The translations under genes and the position numbers were made by a program. From the NCBI RefSeq assembly GCF_001644705.1, contig NZ_CP015137.1, positions 1,320,001-1,352,000 of the forward strand: a DNA stretch of 32,000 nt, given 5' to 3'. The notes under the pieces were generated by a model. The model was not told the DNA's origin and did no database searches. It worked only from the letters and a program-made list of their open reading frames with translations. This DNA is from Dickeya solani IPO 2222 (GTDB taxonomy: Bacteria; Pseudomonadota; Gammaproteobacteria; Enterobacterales; Enterobacteriaceae). Shown here one piece after another: positions 27,118 through 32,000 of this stretch (positions are counted from its first letter, which is position 1; each line of letters starts with the position of its first letter).

Positions 27118-29493
27118 ATGAAAAAAAGTTTTCCAACCCTGCTGGCCTCATTAATTTGGTCGGCGCTGTACAGCCAGCACGCGCTGGCCGATCTCGCCTC
27201 TCAGTGTATGTCAGGCGTTCCCGTATATAATCGCCCGCTGGTCACCGGCGACACCAGCCAGTTGCCGGTGCATATCAAAGCCGACCAGTCGCAGGCTAAT
27301 TACCCGGACAGCGCCGTTTTTACGGGTAACGTCAACGTTGAGCAGGGTAACCGCGTGCTCACCGCAGATCAGGTACAGCTGAATCAGAAACAGCAGCCCG
27401 GTCAGGCCGATCCTATCCGCACCGTCACCGCCATCGGCAACGCGCATTACGATGACAACCAGGTCATCCTGAAAGGCCCGCGAGCCTGGTCCAACCTCAA
27501 CACCAAAGATACCGACGTGGAAAACGGCGACTATCTGATGGTGGGTCGTCAGGGGCGCGGCAATGCCGACAAGATGAAACAGCGCGAAAACAACCGTTAT
27601 ACCATTCTGGATAACGGTTCGTTTACATCCTGTTTGCCCGGCGATGATAGCTGGAGTGTAGTCGGTTCGGAAGTGATCCAGGACCGGCAGGAAGAAGTGG
27701 CTGAAATCTGGAACGCCCGCTTCCACATCGCCGGTGTTCCCGTGTTCTACAGCCCTTATATGCAACTGCCTATCGGCGATAAGCGCCGTTCCGGTTTTCT
27801 GATCCCCAATGCCAAATACGGTAATCGCAATGGCTTTGAACTGATCACCCCTTACTACTGGAACATCGCCCCCAACTACGATGCCACCATCACGCCGCAT
27901 GTGCAGACCAACCGCGGCGTTCAGTGGCAGAACGAGTTCCGTAATCTATCCCGCTTCGGTTTCAGCGTGGTCGAATTCGACTGGCTGCAAAACGATAGAC
28001 AGTATAAAAACGATGTCCTCTCCGGCAAATCCGGCTATGCCGCCGACGATAACTACACCCGTTGGCTGTTTCACTGGATGCACAGCGGTGTTGTCGATCA
28101 GGTCTGGCGTATCAACGTCGATTACACCAAGGTCAGCGATCAGAACTATTTCACCGACCTGGATTCGGTCTACGGCAACACCACCGACGGTTACGCCACC
28201 CAGAAATTCAGCCTGGGTTACGCTACCCGCAACTGGGACGCCACGCTGTCGACACGCCAGTATCAAATCTTCAGCAACCTGGCGAGTCAGGACGTGTACC
28301 GGGCGATGCCGCAGTTGGATATCAACTTCGCCAAGAATGATATCGGTCCCTTTGATTTATACCTTTACGGCCAGGCGGCGAAGTTCACTAACGTCAACCC
28401 TACTTATCCGGATGCAACCCGGCTCCATATTGAGCCGACGCTGTCGCTGCCGATTTCCAACGGCTGGGCTAGTCTGAGCACCGAAGCCAAGCTGATGGCC
28501 ACCCACTATCAGCAGGAAAATCTGGATATTTATCGAGCCAACCACGCCAGCAATGCGGATGCTACGTTGTTGAAAGGCACCGTGAATCGGGTGATGCCGC
28601 AGTTTAAGACCGATGGCAAAATGGTGTTTGAGCGCGATATGGACTGGGCGAAAGGCTATACCCAGACGCTGGAGCCACGGGTACAGTATCTGTACGTCCC
28701 GTACCGGGATCAGTCATCCATTCGCACCTATGACTCCACGTTGTTGCAGGCGGATTACGCCGGTCTGTTCCGCGATCGCACCTTCAGCGGTCTGGATCGC
28801 ATCGCGTCCGCCAATCAGGTCTCGACCGGCGTCACCACCCGTTTGTACGACAGCACGCTGGAAGAACGTTTCAACACGTCACTGGGGCAGATTTATTACT
28901 TTGAACGCCCGCGTACCGGGACATCGTCCACGATTGACCAGAACGATGACCGCGGCAGCCTGAGCTGGGCGGGAGACTCGTACTGGAAGTTCGCCGACAA
29001 CTGGGGCATCCGGGGCGGCGCGCAGTATGATCAACGCCTGAAGGACTTCACGCTCGGCGACGCCGTGCTGGAGTACCGTGGCGGCGGTGAACGTATGCTC
29101 CAGTTGAACTATCGTTTCGCCAGTTCGAAATATATTCAGGCTATGTTGCCGACCGTGACAAACCCAGGCTTCCAGCAGGGTATTTCCCAGATTGGCGCCA
29201 CGGCCAGCTGGCCGCTGACGGATCGCTGGGCTATCGTGGGCGCTTACTACTACGATACCAAAGCCAACCAACCGGCCGACCAGTTGCTGGGCCTGCAATA
29301 CAATACCTGCTGCTGGGCGGTTAACGTCGGCTATGAGCGCAAAATCACCAAGTGGAATAGCACCACCAATCAAAGCGTTTACGACAACAAGATAGGCTTT
29401 AGCTTTGAACTGCGCGGCCTGAGCAGCAATTACGGTCTGGGTACGGAAAAAATGCTGAAAACCGGTATTTTGCCTTACCAGCGCGCGTTCTGA
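27118..29493 (+). CDS. lptD: LPS assembly outer membrane protein LptD (Imp/OstA)
   Basis: [45 protein letters not shown]...AVFTGNV...[25 protein letters not shown]...[20 protein letters not shown] is colinear with E. coli LptD. I chose the start at 27118 rather than the ORF-track 27082. Confidence 0.9.
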   Translation: MKKSFPTLLASLIWSALYSQHALADLASQCMSGVPVYNRPLVTGDTSQLPVHIKADQSQANYPDSAVFTGNVNVEQGNRVLTADQVQLNQKQQPGQADPIRTVTAIGNAHYDDNQVILKGPRAWSNLNTKDTDVENGDYLMVGRQGRGNADKMKQRENNRYTILDNGSFTSCLPGDDSWSVVGSEVIQDRQEEVAEIWNARFHIAGVPVFYSPYMQLPIGDKRRSGFLIPNAKYGNRNGFELITPYYWNIAPNYDATITPHVQTNRGVQWQNEFRNLSRFGFSVVEFDWLQNDRQYKNDVLSGKSGYAADDNYTRWLFHWMHSGVVDQVWRINVDYTKVSDQNYFTDLDSVYGNTTDGYATQKFSLGYATRNWDATLSTRQYQIFSNLASQDVYRAMPQLDINFAKNDIGPFDLYLYGQAAKFTNVNPTYPDATRLHIEPTLSLPISNGWASLSTEAKLMATHYQQENLDIYRANHASNADATLLKGTVNRVMPQFKTDGKMVFERDMDWAKGYTQTLEPRVQYLYVPYRDQSSIRTYDSTLLQADYAGLFRDRTFSGLDRIASANQVSTGVTTRLYDSTLEERFNTSLGQIYYFERPRTGTSSTIDQNDDRGSLSWAGDSYWKFADNWGIRGGAQYDQRLKDFTLGDAVLEYRGGGERMLQLNYRFASSKYIQAMLPTVTNPGFQQGISQIGATASWPLTDRWAIVGAYYYDTKANQPADQLLGLQYNTCCWAVNVGYERKITKWNSTTNQSVYDNKIGFSFELRGLSSNYGLGTEKMLKTGILPYQRAF

Positions 29494-29605
29494 TGGTGTT
29501 TGATGAATAATGTAACGTCGGGAACTCTGGCGGCAATAAACGTCTAATGACCGGTAGTGATTAAACATTTAACCCGCCCTGGCGGATAAAATTAACGGGA
29601 AAGGT

Positions 29606-30897
29606 ATGAAGAACTGGAGAGCGCTTGTTCTGGGACTGGCACTGAGTGCCAACATGGCGTTTGCGGCGCCGCAGGAGGTCAACAAGATCGCTGCGGTCGT
29701 CGACAACAGTGTGGTTCTGGAAAGCGATATCAATAGCCTGCTGCAGTCCGTCAAGATGAACGCGCAAGAAGCCGGTCAACAGTTGCCGGACGACGCCACG
29801 CTCCGTCACCAGATTCTGGAGCGTTTGATCATGGATAACATCATCCTGCAGATGGCGCAGAAGATGGGCGTTCAGGTAACCGACGAGCAACTGGATCGTT
29901 CTATCACCAACATCGCCGCGCAGAACCGCATGAGCGTGGACCAGTTGCGCAGCCGTCTGGCGGCCGAAGGCGTCAGCTTTGATACTTACAGCAGCCAGAT
30001 TCGCAAAGATATGGTCATTGCCGAAGTGCGTAACAGCGAAGTGCGCCGTCGCGTCACCGTGCTGCCGCAGGAAGTGGATTCGCTGGCTCAGCAGATTGCC
30101 AGTCAGGGAGCGAGTGGTCCCGAGGTTAACCTGAGCCAGATTCTGATCCCACTGCCGGAAAACCCGACGCAGGATCAGGTCGACAAAGCGGAAAGTCTGG
30201 CTAATCGTCTGGTGAAAGAAGCCTCACAGGGCGCCGACTTCGGCAAACTGGCTATCACCTACTCCGCCGATCCACAGGCGCTGAAAGGCGGGCAAATGGG
30301 TTGGGGCCGTCCGCAGGAATTGCCGTCGCTGTTCGCCGAACGTCTGACCAATCCGCAGAAAGGCCAGGTTCTCGGGCCGATCCGCTCCGGCGTTGGTTTC
30401 CATATTCTGCGCGTAAACGACACCCGTGGCAGCGATCAGTCCGTATCGGTGACCGAAGTACACGCCCGCCACATTCTGCTACGCACCTCGGTGGTCATGA
30501 ACGATGCGCAGGCCAAAGCCAGACTGGAAGACATCGCCGGCCAGATCAAAAGCGGCAAGTTAAGCTTCGCTAACGCCGCCAAACAGCTGTCGCAGGATCC
30601 GGGCACCGCCAATCAGGGCGGCGATCTGGGCTGGTCATCGCCGGACATGTATGACCCCTCATTCCGTGACGCGTTGACCCAATTGAAGAAAGGCGAAATC
30701 AGCGCGCCGGTGCATTCCTCCTTCGGCTGGCATCTGATTCAGTTGCTGGATACCCGTCAGGTGGACAAGACCGACGCCGCTCAGAAAGATCGCGCCTATC
30801 GCATGCTGTTTAACCGTAAATTCGCCGAGGAAGCACAAACCTGGATGCAGGAAAAACGCGCCGCGGCTTACGTGAAAATCCTGAATGGGCAGAACTG

Positions 30898-30898
<1 letters not shown>
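29606..30898 (+). CDS. surA: Periplasmic chaperone / peptidyl-prolyl isomerase SurA
   Basis: It has a signal peptide ([20 protein letters not shown]|AP), then [17 protein letters not shown] and two parvulin domains (..[13 protein letters not shown].. and ..[14 protein letters not shown]..). The product is 430 aa. Confidence 0.95.
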
Positions 30899-31891
<993 letters not shown>

Positions 31892-31899
<8 letters not shown>

Positions 31900-32000
31900 T
31901 CGCGTCCATCAAGGCCACTTCGCCCGCAAGCGTTTCGGCCAAAATTTTCTTAACGATCAGTTTGTGATCGACAGTATTGTTTCCGCCATCCACCCGCAGC
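31892..32000 (+). CDS. rsmA: 16S rRNA dimethyladenosine transferase RsmA (KsgA), N-terminal fragment running off the window end
   Basis: ATG 31892: [36 protein letters not shown].. is almost identical to the E. coli KsgA N-terminus. It overlaps the pdxA stop by 8 nt and is not in the ORF track (truncated). Confidence 0.9.

Overview
The window is an Enterobacterales chromosomal segment, G+C-rich, possibly a Pectobacteriaceae/Dickeya-like organism (taxon is a guess). It is largely syntenic with the E. coli K-12 0-2 min region: sgrS/sgrT, sgrR, thiBPQ, yabI ... polB, rapA, rluA, djlA, lptD, surA, pdxA, rsmA. Differences from K-12: a tnaC-tnaA tryptophanase module and a Fur-box-controlled siderophore-interacting gene lie at the left end. 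ilvBN, with its ivbL attenuator, sits between thiQ and yabI. The ara genes between yabI and polB are replaced by a LivKHMGF-like (HAAT) ABC transporter operon plus an AT-rich islet of about 3 kb (about 11.3-14.3 kb). The ORF track misses several sub-60-codon or RNA features that can be read directly from the sequence: a TnaC-type leader peptide, SgrS with its SgrT ORF, a TPP riboswitch, the IvbL Val-rich leader plus attenuator, a Fur box and a LexA box. The most interesting region is the islet. It holds an orphan Hcp (T6SS tube/chaperone) gene, then a 233-aa protein I cannot assign to any family (candidate effector). A translationally coupled 128-aa membrane-anchored protein follows (candidate immunity). 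Facing these convergently are two tandem paralogous signal-peptide proteins of unknown function. There is no integrase, IS, tRNA or CRISPR array in the window. All calls come from reading the sequence and remembered homologs; no searches were run.
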